A stretch of 55,940 nucleotides of DNA from a virus (Duplodnaviria; Caudoviricetes), in the IMG/VR virus record IMGVR_UViG_3300009184_005738, positions 1-55,940 of that record, one strand, 5' to 3'. The notes beneath the pieces were generated by a model. That model saw only the letters and a program-made list of their open reading frames with translations, ran no database searches and was not told the DNA's origin. The translations under genes were made by a program, and so were the position numbers. This document shows, in pieces, positions 9,274-17,571 of the stretch (within the stretch, counting starts at the first letter, position 1; each line of letters starts with the position of its first letter).

Positions 9274-10275
9274 GTGGCTTTAGATTTCCCTAACTCACCA
9301 AGCGTAAATCAAACACATACCTCGGGCACCAGAACCTGGCAGTGGGATGGCACTGCGTGGGGGTTAACCGCCTCCGGCATAGTCGGACCGACTGGCGATA
9401 GTTCTCCGCCTGGTCTTATTTCGCCCTACGCAGGATTATCTGCACCATCTGGCTGGCTTTTCTGTGATGGTTCATCTGTAAGTAGAACTACTTACGCTAA
9501 CCTGTGGGCAACCCTTGCAGTATCTAAGGGTGCAGTAACCAGCATTGCTAATGGCGCTTCTGCCATAGTCAACAAACCATCTCACGGGCTAGTTGAGGGT
9601 GATGCCGTCTACCTCACCACGACTGGCGCATTACCCACCGGCTTATCAATCAATACTACTTATTACGTTAAGTTGATTGATGCCAATAACTTTAGATTGT
9701 CAACAGGTAGAACGGCTACGACCACCGTATCAAATGCAGCAGCCTCATTTACAACAGGCACTGCCATAACTACCAGTACTGCTGGAAGTGGCACTCATAC
9801 GGTTTACCTTGCCCCTTACGGCATTCCAGCAGCATCTACAACAAACTTTTTGCTACCCGATATGCGTGGTCGAACCCCCATGGGCCTTGACAACATCAAT
9901 GGTACTGACGCTGGTATTCTCACTATTCCCAATGCTATTGGTGCCAAATCAGGTGAAGAGAAGCATCTTCTTATTACTTCTGAAATGCCAAGTCATCTTC
10001 ACGATAATGGAACGCTTGCAAACTCAACCGATTCAACACACACACATACCGCTGGCAAATATGATGCACTTGGTATTGGCAATAATGGGGTGGCAGCCGG
10101 TGGTGATTATCAAGCCCTAATCGCTTCGGGTGCCAGTGCGACTACTCGCGTACTCACCAATGCTGGGACCAGCCATGGTCACACGATATCGGGGAATACC
10201 GGTTTAACCGGTGGGGATGACTATCACAATATCCTTCCACCGTTTATGCTCGTCAACTACATCATTAAAACTTAA
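9274..10275 (+). CDS. tail fibre/minor tail protein with phage collar domain
   Basis: PPGLISPYAG.SAPSGWLFCDG...FLLPDMRGR; HxH repeats; ends HNILPPFMLVNYIIKT. Confidence 0.85.
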   Translation: MALDFPNSPSVNQTHTSGTRTWQWDGTAWGLTASGIVGPTGDSSPPGLISPYAGLSAPSGWLFCDGSSVSRTTYANLWATLAVSKGAVTSIANGASAIVNKPSHGLVEGDAVYLTTTGALPTGLSINTTYYVKLIDANNFRLSTGRTATTTVSNAAASFTTGTAITTSTAGSGTHTVYLAPYGIPAASTTNFLLPDMRGRTPMGLDNINGTDAGILTIPNAIGAKSGEEKHLLITSEMPSHLHDNGTLANSTDSTHTHTAGKYDALGIGNNGVAAGGDYQALIASGASATTRVLTNAGTSHGHTISGNTGLTGGDDYHNILPPFMLVNYIIKT

Positions 10276-10302
10276 TATCTACTAAATTTAGAAAAGGAAA
10301 AA

Positions 10303-11370
10303 ATGGAATTTTATTTATTAAACAACCCACCCGCAACACAACAGTTTTACCCATCAAGGAATAGTGGCCTAAGTGGTGGCGTAGTTATTCACACCACAGA
10401 GGGATCTGGTGGCTACAGCGCTGCAGAGAACACTGCAGGATTTATATCGAGGCGTTCCGATCCGGGCAGCTATCACATGATAGTTGACGTCGATTCATCC
10501 GTAGCGATGATGCCAGATGACTACACTGCTTTTGGTGTGGCAGCTTCTGGCTATAACAGCCGATGCTGGATGATCGCAATTGGGGCAAGGTCATCTGATC
10601 TTGATGGCAATAGCCCAGACACGCAGGCAGAAATTGACCGAATGGGTGCTGAAATCGTTGCTTTCTGGCAGCGCAATAATATCGATATTGCATCGGCTTC
10701 ACAGTTCATTGGCGAAGAGGTAAAGAACCGACCAGGACTCGCTCACCATGGTGATGTCCAGCCTCAAGACCGTAGCGATGCGTGGAGCCGCCGAGAAGAC
10801 CGCTGGGTCTTCGATTCGTTACTCCTCCAGGCTATTGGGCGCCATAGCGGAGCAGCCCCAGTTGCACCGCCCACCCCTACGCAACCAGTCCCTGTGCCTC
10901 CACAGTCGGTTTGGCACCTCGGATCCAGCGGCGATAAGGTCAGCGAGATCCAGAAGGTTGTAGGAGTCACTCAGGACGGCATATACGGCCCTCAGACCGC
11001 CTCAGCAGTGAGCCAATGGCAGACTAACCTAAGTCTACCACCAGACGGGGTATGGGGCCCTCAGACGGAAGAGGCGACACACAACCTATTCGTATTCCTA
11101 AGTAACCTCCCTGCCGTACAGGAGACAGCTCCAGATAACCAATTCTTTGCCGCACTAGATGAAGCAACTAAGCAGGTCCTTCGTCAGGGCTCAAGTGGTG
11201 GAGCAGTGAAGATACTTCAAGGTGGTCTCAATGGGATCGGTTACCGGCTCGTGGCTGATGGCGTATTCGGTCCAGCAACCGATAATATGGTGCGCAGATT
11301 CCAATCGGACCGTGGACTTGAGTCTGATGGCATAGTAGGCCCACAGACTTGGAAGGCATTGCTTTCCTAG
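10303..11370 (+). CDS. endolysin: N-acetylmuramoyl-L-alanine amidase with two peptidoglycan-binding domains
   Basis: VIHTTEG, SYH, H...D zinc ligands; Pro-rich linker; repeated DGxxGPxT PG_binding_1 motifs. Confidence 0.88.
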   Translation: MEFYLLNNPPATQQFYPSRNSGLSGGVVIHTTEGSGGYSAAENTAGFISRRSDPGSYHMIVDVDSSVAMMPDDYTAFGVAASGYNSRCWMIAIGARSSDLDGNSPDTQAEIDRMGAEIVAFWQRNNIDIASASQFIGEEVKNRPGLAHHGDVQPQDRSDAWSRREDRWVFDSLLLQAIGRHSGAAPVAPPTPTQPVPVPPQSVWHLGSSGDKVSEIQKVVGVTQDGIYGPQTASAVSQWQTNLSLPPDGVWGPQTEEATHNLFVFLSNLPAVQETAPDNQFFAALDEATKQVLRQGSSGGAVKILQGGLNGIGYRLVADGVFGPATDNMVRRFQSDRGLESDGIVGPQTWKALLS

Positions 11371-11410
11371 AGCTTATATAAACTAACTTAATTCTATATA
11401 TCTATGCGGA

Positions 11411-11440
11411 ATAAGGCCTCTTAACAGGGGTCTTATTTTT
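11411..11440 (+). terminator. rho-independent terminator after endolysin
   Basis: ataaggcctct-taac-aggggtcttat stem (with G-U pairs) followed by a T-run. Confidence 0.7.
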
Positions 11441-11510
11441 ATATTCTTTGTTCGGAATAAAAATACATTATTACTAATAAACATATCGTTCAAGCGGAAA
11501 GGCGAACCCA

Positions 11511-11984
11511 ATGCTCTCTAACGTATTTGCTGAATTGCCGCAGTGGCTAGAAACAATTGCCAGTGATCTCTCTACACTATGGCCAATCGTACTATTTGTT
11601 GGCGCAGGTTACGGTCTAATAAAATGGTTAAGCAGTAGGTTTAGAGATGAGGTAAGAGACCTTATCGTTGGTGAAGTGGAACCAATTAAGGCTGAATTCA
11701 AGAATAATGGCGGTTCTTCGTTCAGAGACGCTATAGACCGCTTAGATAACAACTTTAAAGACTTAAAAAATGATGTTAACCATATAAAGTCAGATGTTGA
11801 CTTGATGAGATTAGACCTGACTAGGACAGATAAAAATTCGCGCGATGCACATAAAGCCCTATCCGATAAGATAGGGCTCATAAGTGATAAGAATGATTCT
11901 ATTTGGGACGAGATGCAAAGACGACGTCCAGCTCACGATTATTACGACAGTGAGATGAAGAAGAGAAATAAAAACGAGTTTTAG
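11511..11984 (+). CDS. holin-like/membrane protein
   Basis: single TM helix, NNGGSSFRD motif and coiled coil; directly downstream of the endolysin. Confidence 0.55.
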   Translation: MLSNVFAELPQWLETIASDLSTLWPIVLFVGAGYGLIKWLSSRFRDEVRDLIVGEVEPIKAEFKNNGGSSFRDAIDRLDNNFKDLKNDVNHIKSDVDLMRLDLTRTDKNSRDAHKALSDKIGLISDKNDSIWDEMQRRRPAHDYYDSEMKKRNKNEF

Positions 11985-12307
11985 GCTCTTCCCTCATTTT
12001 GGGCGTCTTTTACTATAATATACCGCTGGAAAGTCTCGCTAGAAGTTATAGCGAAGCCTAGTTCGGCTGCTTTTGTAATAGCATCTCTGAGTGATTCTAT
12101 GTCGGTAATTGACTCACCATCCAATGGCAGGGCTAAGCCCGAATAGATATCAATGTTCTCAAAGTTACCTATGTTTGCTTTTCTATTTACTCCACATATA
12201 AAAACTGGTGTGGTAGTAATGGATATGTTCGCTAATGCCTGCTCTACGGCACTTCCAATTGGTGAATCTTCTGTTTGTTCTTTTGCGCTTTTTGATATAT
12301 TAGGCAT
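11981..12307 (-). CDS. hypothetical protein
   Basis: ORF coupled to the kinase; stop overlaps the convergent gene. Confidence 0.65.
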   Translation of the reverse strand: MPNISKSAKEQTEDSPIGSAVEQALANISITTTPVFICGVNRKANIGNFENIDIYSGLALPLDGESITDIESLRDAITKAAELGFAITSSETFQRYIIVKDAQNEGRA

Positions 12308-13088
12308 TGATCCTACTAATCTCTTTCCTGATTACGTTTAATGAGGCTTTTGCTTGTTCTGATATAGACATATTATCAGTGTTGATAACGCAATCTATAA
12401 TTTCTTCCCTGATTAATTCCACTTGTTCGGACTTGTGGTTCAGCTCACTATCGGGCATAGTATAGCCGTCCCTCTTCTGTAGCCTGTTCATCCTTATGTC
12501 GTTAGACGCATCAAACCTTATAAGAATTCCGCCAGGAAGAGACTTAATCATTTCAGCTTCGTTCTCATATCTTACGTCAGATATAATACATACGTAGCGG
12601 TCAATGTTTTCGTTTGCCTCATCTTTGTCTGACAGGATAGTAGCAGACCTTTGGTAGGCTTTCTTCTTAGCCCATTGAGTGAAGCAGTTTTCGTACTCTC
12701 TCCGACACAGTTCGCCGGCCTTCTGTAAGAACATTCTCGGCTTCATATCCTCATCTACCGGCATGGGTATCTCGGCAATCTCTTTAGTGAGATTCACAAA
12801 CTGGTCGTAAGAAGGAGCGCCGTATAGTGGACTACCGCCAAAAAGATCAAAAAGAACATCGTGCAGCTGGAAGAGTACCCTATCTTCTTCCTTGTCGCCC
12901 TTAGTCATTCTCTTGATTGATGCCATTTCGTAAAGCGGCATAGCAAAGAAGCTGTGATCCCATACCACACCATTTTCGTGGTCAAATTTAACTGCGTGCG
13001 ACGGCACAATAGCGTTGGCGACACTGGTTTTTCCGGTACCTGCCCTTCCGCAAAGGCCTATTATGATTGGGTAATTTTCTGAATTCAT
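12300..13088 (-). CDS. deoxynucleoside monophosphate kinase
   Basis: IIGLCGRAGTGKT P-loop, FAMPLYE, RMFLQ, IISDVRYENE, HKSE. Confidence 0.85.
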   Translation of the reverse strand: MNSENYPIIIGLCGRAGTGKTSVANAIVPSHAVKFDHENGVVWDHSFFAMPLYEMASIKRMTKGDKEEDRVLFQLHDVLFDLFGGSPLYGAPSYDQFVNLTKEIAEIPMPVDEDMKPRMFLQKAGELCRREYENCFTQWAKKKAYQRSATILSDKDEANENIDRYVCIISDVRYENEAEMIKSLPGGILIRFDASNDIRMNRLQKRDGYTMPDSELNHKSEQVELIREEIIDCVINTDNMSISEQAKASLNVIRKEISRINA

Positions 13089-13094
13089 AGATGT

Positions 13095-13103
13095 ATTATA
13101 TCA
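13095..13103 (-). promoter_or_regulatory. extended -10 promoter for a probable leaderless mRNA
   Basis: TGaTATAAT 6 nt before the ATG of the dNMP kinase; no SD. Confidence 0.6.
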
Positions 13104-13169
13104 TTCCTTGTAGGAGTTTATTGTATTTTTGTCATATATTATTAGCTAAATCCTTAGAAGGATATTGCG

Positions 13170-13238
13170 CTGTGATCTAAAACCCTAGTTAAAAACCTGT
13201 GATCTAAGGCACTAATAAAATCTGTGATCTAAAGCACC
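13170..13238. repeat. three direct repeats CTGTGATCTAA
   Basis: copies start at 13170, 13197 and 13222; a further copy lies at 52560. Confidence 0.8.
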
Positions 13239-13282
13239 AAACTAAAAAACGCGTACGCCTTTTTAAAAAAAGACAAAGAGAA

Positions 13283-13519
13283 TTACTTTGATTCGGCGCG
13301 CCATGTTCTCATGTTGTAGTAGTTCATAGCCCACCACATAAGCGACATAGCTATAAATCCCGGCTTGCCGTAAATAAAGCTATAGATAAACCAAGGAATA
13401 GAGTGTAAAAGGATAATCAGCCATCCCCACCAGTACTTTTTTCCGACAAAAAAGGTACCAGTTATGCCAAAAATCTCAAAGACGAATAGCACCCAAGTCC
13501 AAGTTGTTTCTGCATCCAT
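13283..13519 (-). CDS. small 3-TM membrane protein (PnuC-like half)
   Basis: three hydrophobic helices, KYWWGW, ends NMRTW. Confidence 0.55.
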   Translation of the reverse strand: MDAETTWTWVLFVFEIFGITGTFFVGKKYWWGWLIILLHSIPWFIYSFIYGKPGFIAMSLMWWAMNYYNMRTWRAESK

Positions 13520-13610
13520 ACCGGTACCTTACTATAGTATATTAGGGGTAATTATATACTAGCATATTGGCGCATGTTTTGGCCAACAAAGTTCTCCGAT
13601 AGGCATTTAG

Positions 13611-13964
13611 TCAAGGTTCAGGGTAGAACTCATAGTCTTCTTCACTGAAAGGGCTTCCGTATACACGGCCACTTTCTATGTCAAAGTAGCTTTCATCAAT
13701 TTCGAAGAAATTAAGAATTTCCTCAGAAAAATCTTCTTTAGCTAGTTCGTCCTTGTCAACTTCCACAACTGTCCAAAGGTGACATATGGATGAGTTGGAT
13801 TCAAGGTTGTCCAAGTCAACCACTAGCTCAGTAACGTCCTTATCGGACCAGTCTTTATCAGAATAAATAACTATTGTAGATTTATAGAGGTGACCCATGA
13901 TAGCTCCATTTACTTCAACGTTTGTTTTATCAAATATAATATCACAAGTTATAAAAATATTCAA
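13611..13964 (-). CDS. acidic hypothetical protein
   Basis: ORF track. Confidence 0.55.
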   Translation of the reverse strand: MNIFITCDIIFDKTNVEVNGAIMGHLYKSTIVIYSDKDWSDKDVTELVVDLDNLESNSSICHLWTVVEVDKDELAKEDFSEEILNFFEIDESYFDIESGRVYGSPFSEEDYEFYPEP

Positions 13965-14012
13965 CTATAAGATTAGCATACTGCGGCAAGGCAAAGCTAA
14001 TGGTGGATTGAA

Positions 14013-14822
14013 CTACGTCCAGATAGTCTTATAAATGCCCGGATTATCTGCTACTACTTTGTTTTCGGCCACGACTTCCATATCTCTGATTGTGTCACGT
14101 AGTTCTGCGTTAGCATTTTGGATTTTCGTCAATGCTGTACTGGTGATTAGCGAATGTTCTCTATATTTTTCTGTTTCACGCTTAGCGTTTTTTAGTTCTG
14201 CCCTTAGCCTAGCTACTTCTTCTAGAATGGCGTTTGGGGTCCCGTTTTCCAATTCCTTGAGAAGGTGGTCTATTTCTATATCTTTATCATAGACTTTTTT
14301 GCGTAACTTAGCATTTTCCTTGAGCACATCTACCCCCCTAGGGGCGCCTTGCTTCGTTACGCCTATGGGCCTTACTGCCGTAAAACCTCTCTCCATAGAA
14401 GCCTCTAAGTAGCCTTCCTCAACGATACCGGCTGAAGCTAGGGCCTTAAGGATCCTAGTATACTGGGCCCAGGTGATCTCTTTGTCTATATAGAGATGAC
14501 CATGTCCAAGCTTTGAGGAAGGCACTACATACATGGGGACGTCTATGTCTATAACTGGGGCATGTTTGCCGCTAGTGCAGCGAGAAGAAATTAAGTTAGC
14601 TCCATGACTATTCTCAGGGCTGATAACCTTATAGTCATAAAGCTTTTCCCCATTTTCTAAGGTTATATTAATATCATACTCGTTGCTATTGCTTTGGCTC
14701 GCAACGTATTCTTTTAGTGCGTTAAGCCCTTCTTCGGTCATATCTACTTTGGAGGAGTAGAGATAGATTCTTTGAGGTGGAATCTTATGTTTTACTGGCT
14801 TTGGTAACTTTAGCCTTGCCAT
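14013..14822 (-). CDS. hypothetical protein with Prim-Pol-like DxD/HLY motifs and a C-terminal coiled coil
   Basis: HAPVIDID...PSSKLGHGHLYID. Confidence 0.55.
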   Translation of the reverse strand: MARLKLPKPVKHKIPPQRIYLYSSKVDMTEEGLNALKEYVASQSNSNEYDINITLENGEKLYDYKVISPENSHGANLISSRCTSGKHAPVIDIDVPMYVVPSSKLGHGHLYIDKEITWAQYTRILKALASAGIVEEGYLEASMERGFTAVRPIGVTKQGAPRGVDVLKENAKLRKKVYDKDIEIDHLLKELENGTPNAILEEVARLRAELKNAKRETEKYREHSLITSTALTKIQNANAELRDTIRDMEVVAENKVVADNPGIYKTIWT

Positions 14823-14833
14823 TTTTTACCTAT

Positions 14834-15178
14834 TCATTTGCTAGTAGTTTTGCAGGCATACGTTTCTTCTAGGTATAAGCGTAAATCATCTTCAAAATCT
14901 GGGTTTACAGTATATAATTCATCTGTTTCCCAGGCAAAGGCATGAAAAATATCTCCTAGAAAATCAACTGCTTCCAATTGGTATCCGACCTTATTGCCGG
15001 GAACCACAACTTTACTTGTTATTTTCAAAAAGTATATATCAAAAACAATATCATCAATAGCTATTTCCCCTACCCTACAAGGGTAGAGGTTGCCATCTTG
15101 CTTTAAGCTATTGACGTAAGCATACTTGGGGATACATTCTGAGCTATCTTTTTTTGGGTCATTTCTAAAAAATAACAT
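14834..15178 (-). CDS. hypothetical protein
   Basis: start moved to MLFF (AAGGA RBS); the longer ORF runs through a structured RNA region. Confidence 0.55.
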   Translation of the reverse strand: MLFFRNDPKKDSSECIPKYAYVNSLKQDGNLYPCRVGEIAIDDIVFDIYFLKITSKVVVPGNKVGYQLEAVDFLGDIFHAFAWETDELYTVNPDFEDDLRLYLEETYACKTTSK

Positions 15179-15204
15179 AATATAATTTTCCTTAATAAGA
15201 AAGA

Positions 15205-15312
15205 GGCTGGCACCCCCAACACTAGGTGCCAGCCAAGCCACTTGCGTTACCACTAAACGCAATGGCTAAGAGGCCTTCCGGGAATCGAACCCGGAAGTAA
15301 TCCAATAGGCCT
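15205..15312 (-). ncRNA. structured RNA: anticodon-less tRNA-like minihelix followed by two hairpins
   Basis: AGGCCU/AGGCCU acceptor-like stem, CCGGG-UUCGAUU-CCCGG T arm; hairpins at 15236-15267 and 15205-15234. Confidence 0.55.
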
Positions 15313-15523
15313 ATTTATAATCCATGACTGGTATAATTTTTTCTACTTTATTCCAAAGGTTTTTGCTAAGAATGTATCTCTCATCGTTATGGGGAACTGG
15401 CGTGTCCGCCTCACATGCATGACGCATACCGTGAAAGAACTCGACAACCGCAGCATTAAGGTAGCATGCTTCCATATAGTTCAGATTAAGAGTGTATTCT
15501 TGCTCACCCTCGAATTGCTCCAT
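15311..15523 (-). CDS. hypothetical protein
   Basis: coupled ORF. Confidence 0.55.
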   Translation of the reverse strand: MEQFEGEQEYTLNLNYMEACYLNAAVVEFFHGMRHACEADTPVPHNDERYILSKNLWNKVEKIIPVMDYK

Positions 15524-15753
15524 CAGTCTTCTTCGTCCTCTGCTGGTGGGTTCATTTTGTAGTCATAGTCTAGAGCTGCAGTTTTATTGAGGAACATCAT
15601 ATCTTTATATTGCCACGCAAAGCCCCTCTTAGGGAGGAGTCGATGGGTTTGGGTGCAATACATGGGTTCGTCACTCATATTTAGTATCTGAACCGTATTA
15701 CCGATGTCAGTTTTTCTTGTTGTTGTTGTTTTTCCGCTTCTGCCTTTACCCAT
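15523..15753 (-). CDS. hypothetical protein
   Basis: AAGGA RBS, basic N-terminus. Confidence 0.6.
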   Translation of the reverse strand: MGKGRSGKTTTTRKTDIGNTVQILNMSDEPMYCTQTHRLLPKRGFAWQYKDMMFLNKTAALDYDYKMNPPAEDEED

Positions 15754-15776
15754 TTTTTCCTTTAATATAGATACAG

Positions 15777-15843
15777 TACTCCCGGAAGGGTTTACACCTT
15801 CACCCCTACATTATGTAGGTGCTCTATCTTAAACTACGGGAGT
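15777..15843 (-). tRNA. atypical tRNA-like cloverleaf (5-nt anticodon loop AUAAU); pseudo-tRNA
   Basis: ACUCCCG/CGGGAGU acceptor, GUUU/GAGC D stem, CCUAC/GUAGG stem, GAAGG-UGUAAAC-CCUUC T arm. Confidence 0.55.
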
Positions 15844-15904
15844 CGGATATGGTTAGGTCCCATACCTGATATGTAGTTTTATTTACTAACTTTCAATTAC
15901 CTTA

Positions 15905-16126
15905 CTACAAATCCGAAGATATGGCTTTGATTTCTCTAACTTCTTTTTCGGAAATGTCAAAGATTTTTGAAAGATCTTTATTAGATTTTCCTTTAAGGAA
16001 ATTCATAAGAATTGATTCAAGTCGTTTCAGTCTACTATCTAGCAGAGCTAATTCTTCAGGCTTACTGCCCTGACTTGCGGAGATCACTTTGGCTTCTATC
16101 GCGTTACTATTAACGTCACTGGTCAA
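15905..16126 (-). CDS. small HTH protein
   Basis: GKSNKDLSKIFDISEKEVREI HTH-like C-terminus. Confidence 0.55.
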   Translation of the reverse strand: MTSDVNSNAIEAKVISASQGSKPEELALLDSRLKRLESILMNFLKGKSNKDLSKIFDISEKEVREIKAISSDL

Positions 16127-16602
16127 GACGCCTCCTTAGAGTTCTTTCTCTCAAACTGCCTACGCTTTAGCGTATATAAGCTTGGATTCATTTTTTTGTA
16201 CGCTGCCCAACAGCCTTCGCAGTCATGTCTAGGCACTTTAACGGCACCATAGTAGGGGTGATCGCGACATAGGTCCGACTTAGGCCTAGCAACTTTGACG
16301 CTGTTAGGGTTCTTAGGGGCTTTGGTCGGTCTATTTTTTGCCTTCGGGATTTCTTTAGAGCCTTCAGCAACTGCGTCCTCTTGTGCGGGAGAAGAATCCG
16401 CTACATGGAGTGCGTCATATATTCTCATCACTGTCGCCGACTGTTCGATATCTAGTACAGATATTTCTTTGCGTATTCTTCCTCTAGCTCTTTCGAACAT
16501 ATTGAGAAGAAATGTAAAATCATCATCTTCTTCTATTTTAATATATTTAGCCATTTTCGCCAGCCTTAAGTCCGTAGCGGTCACCAAATATATCTTCCGC
16601 AA
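16123..16602 (-). CDS. hypothetical protein with C-terminal CxxH...CxxC
   Basis: ORF track; start may be MAKY. Confidence 0.55.
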   Translation of the reverse strand: MRKIYLVTATDLRLAKMAKYIKIEEDDDFTFLLNMFERARGRIRKEISVLDIEQSATVMRIYDALHVADSSPAQEDAVAEGSKEIPKAKNRPTKAPKNPNSVKVARPKSDLCRDHPYYGAVKVPRHDCEGCWAAYKKMNPSLYTLKRRQFERKNSKEAS

Positions 16603-16735
16603 TATTTCTTATATCTTCGGTAGAAGCTTGCACATAGTGGTAAGATTGGGTATTGGATTGTGCTGCGGTTGAATACCAGTGGTCATCTCTATAGTTGGTA
16701 AAGTAGGTAGATCTTCTTTTTCTCTTCTTACTCAT
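16547..16735 (-). CDS. hypothetical protein
   Basis: ORF directly downstream of tRNA-Arg. Confidence 0.5.
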   Translation of the reverse strand: MSKKRKRRSTYFTNYRDDHWYSTAAQSNTQSYHYVQASTEDIRNIAEDIFGDRYGLKAGENG

Positions 16736-16748
16736 TTTACTCTCTTTG

Positions 16749-16823
16749 TGCCCCCTGAGGGACTCGAACCCCCGGCCTAGTGGGTAGAAACCACTTGCTC
16801 TAGTCCAGCTGAGCTAAGAGGGC
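16749..16823 (-). tRNA. tRNA-Arg(TCT)
   Basis: cloverleaf, anticodon loop TTTCTAC, T loop TTCGAGT. Confidence 0.92.
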
Positions 16824-16828
16824 GTTGC

Positions 16829-17230
16829 TCAAACCTGCTTTAAGTCTTCAGGTTTTGGGATCGAATAAAGCTCTACTGTTTTCTTGTCTATCCAAACATG
16901 AATTATCATACCTTCATTTACCTGATCTATGCAAATCGCGCCGTTTGAATAGATCGCCGCCGTACTAAATGTCGCGTTGAAGGGTTGTTGAAATTTCAGT
17001 ATGTGGATTGGAGTAGACGTGTGCATTTCAAAACCGTAAACCTCCACATAAGCCAAGGAATTTATATAAAACTCCATAAGTTGAACTATGAAAGTTTCAT
17101 TTATTGCCGCAGTATAGAAGTAAAACTTGTCTTCCAAGTCTAACGCATAATACAAGCTAAGGGTGAAAGACTCTTCATCGTCGAATAGCGAGCGCTGCGA
17201 TGCTAGTATTTCTTTCACCACTTTGCTCAT
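16829..17230 (-). CDS. hypothetical protein
   Basis: coupled ORF. Confidence 0.6.
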   Translation of the reverse strand: MSKVVKEILASQRSLFDDEESFTLSLYYALDLEDKFYFYTAAINETFIVQLMEFYINSLAYVEVYGFEMHTSTPIHILKFQQPFNATFSTAAIYSNGAICIDQVNEGMIIHVWIDKKTVELYSIPKPEDLKQV

Positions 17231-17571
17231 GATGCTGACATATTCTTTTTAGCTCTTAAAGTTTTTACGAACCTTATTCTTTCCTCTACAGAGGCTTTAA
17301 ATCTTAAGGCTGTAACTTTCCATTTGTCTTCTGTTGCTTTAAACTTGTACCAATCATTATTGTTCCACTGAGGGCCTAGTTCTACTTTCTTTTCAGAAAT
17401 ACGTCCCCTTTGCGCTGCTAGTTGAATTTCAACATCACGCAAAAGAACATTGAGCTCATCTAGCCAAAGCCTAAAGTCGCTAGACAAGTCCTCAACTAAA
17501 TCGTCAGAATCTCTCCTGACGTCTTTGGCTACTAAGCCTTTAAAGTCTTCCTTTGAAATATTAGCTATCAT
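17227..17571 (-). CDS. hypothetical coiled-coil protein
   Basis: coupled ORF. Confidence 0.6.
   Translation of the reverse strand: MIANISKEDFKGLVAKDVRRDSDDLVEDLSSDFRLWLDELNVLLRDVEIQLAAQRGRISEKKVELGPQWNNNDWYKFKATEDKWKVTALRFKASVEERIRFVKTLRAKKNMSAS

Noticed and set aside
13170-13238. CRISPR array
   Set aside because: The repeats are only 11 bp with about 15-bp spacers; no CRISPR-like repeat-spacer array was seen anywhere in the window.
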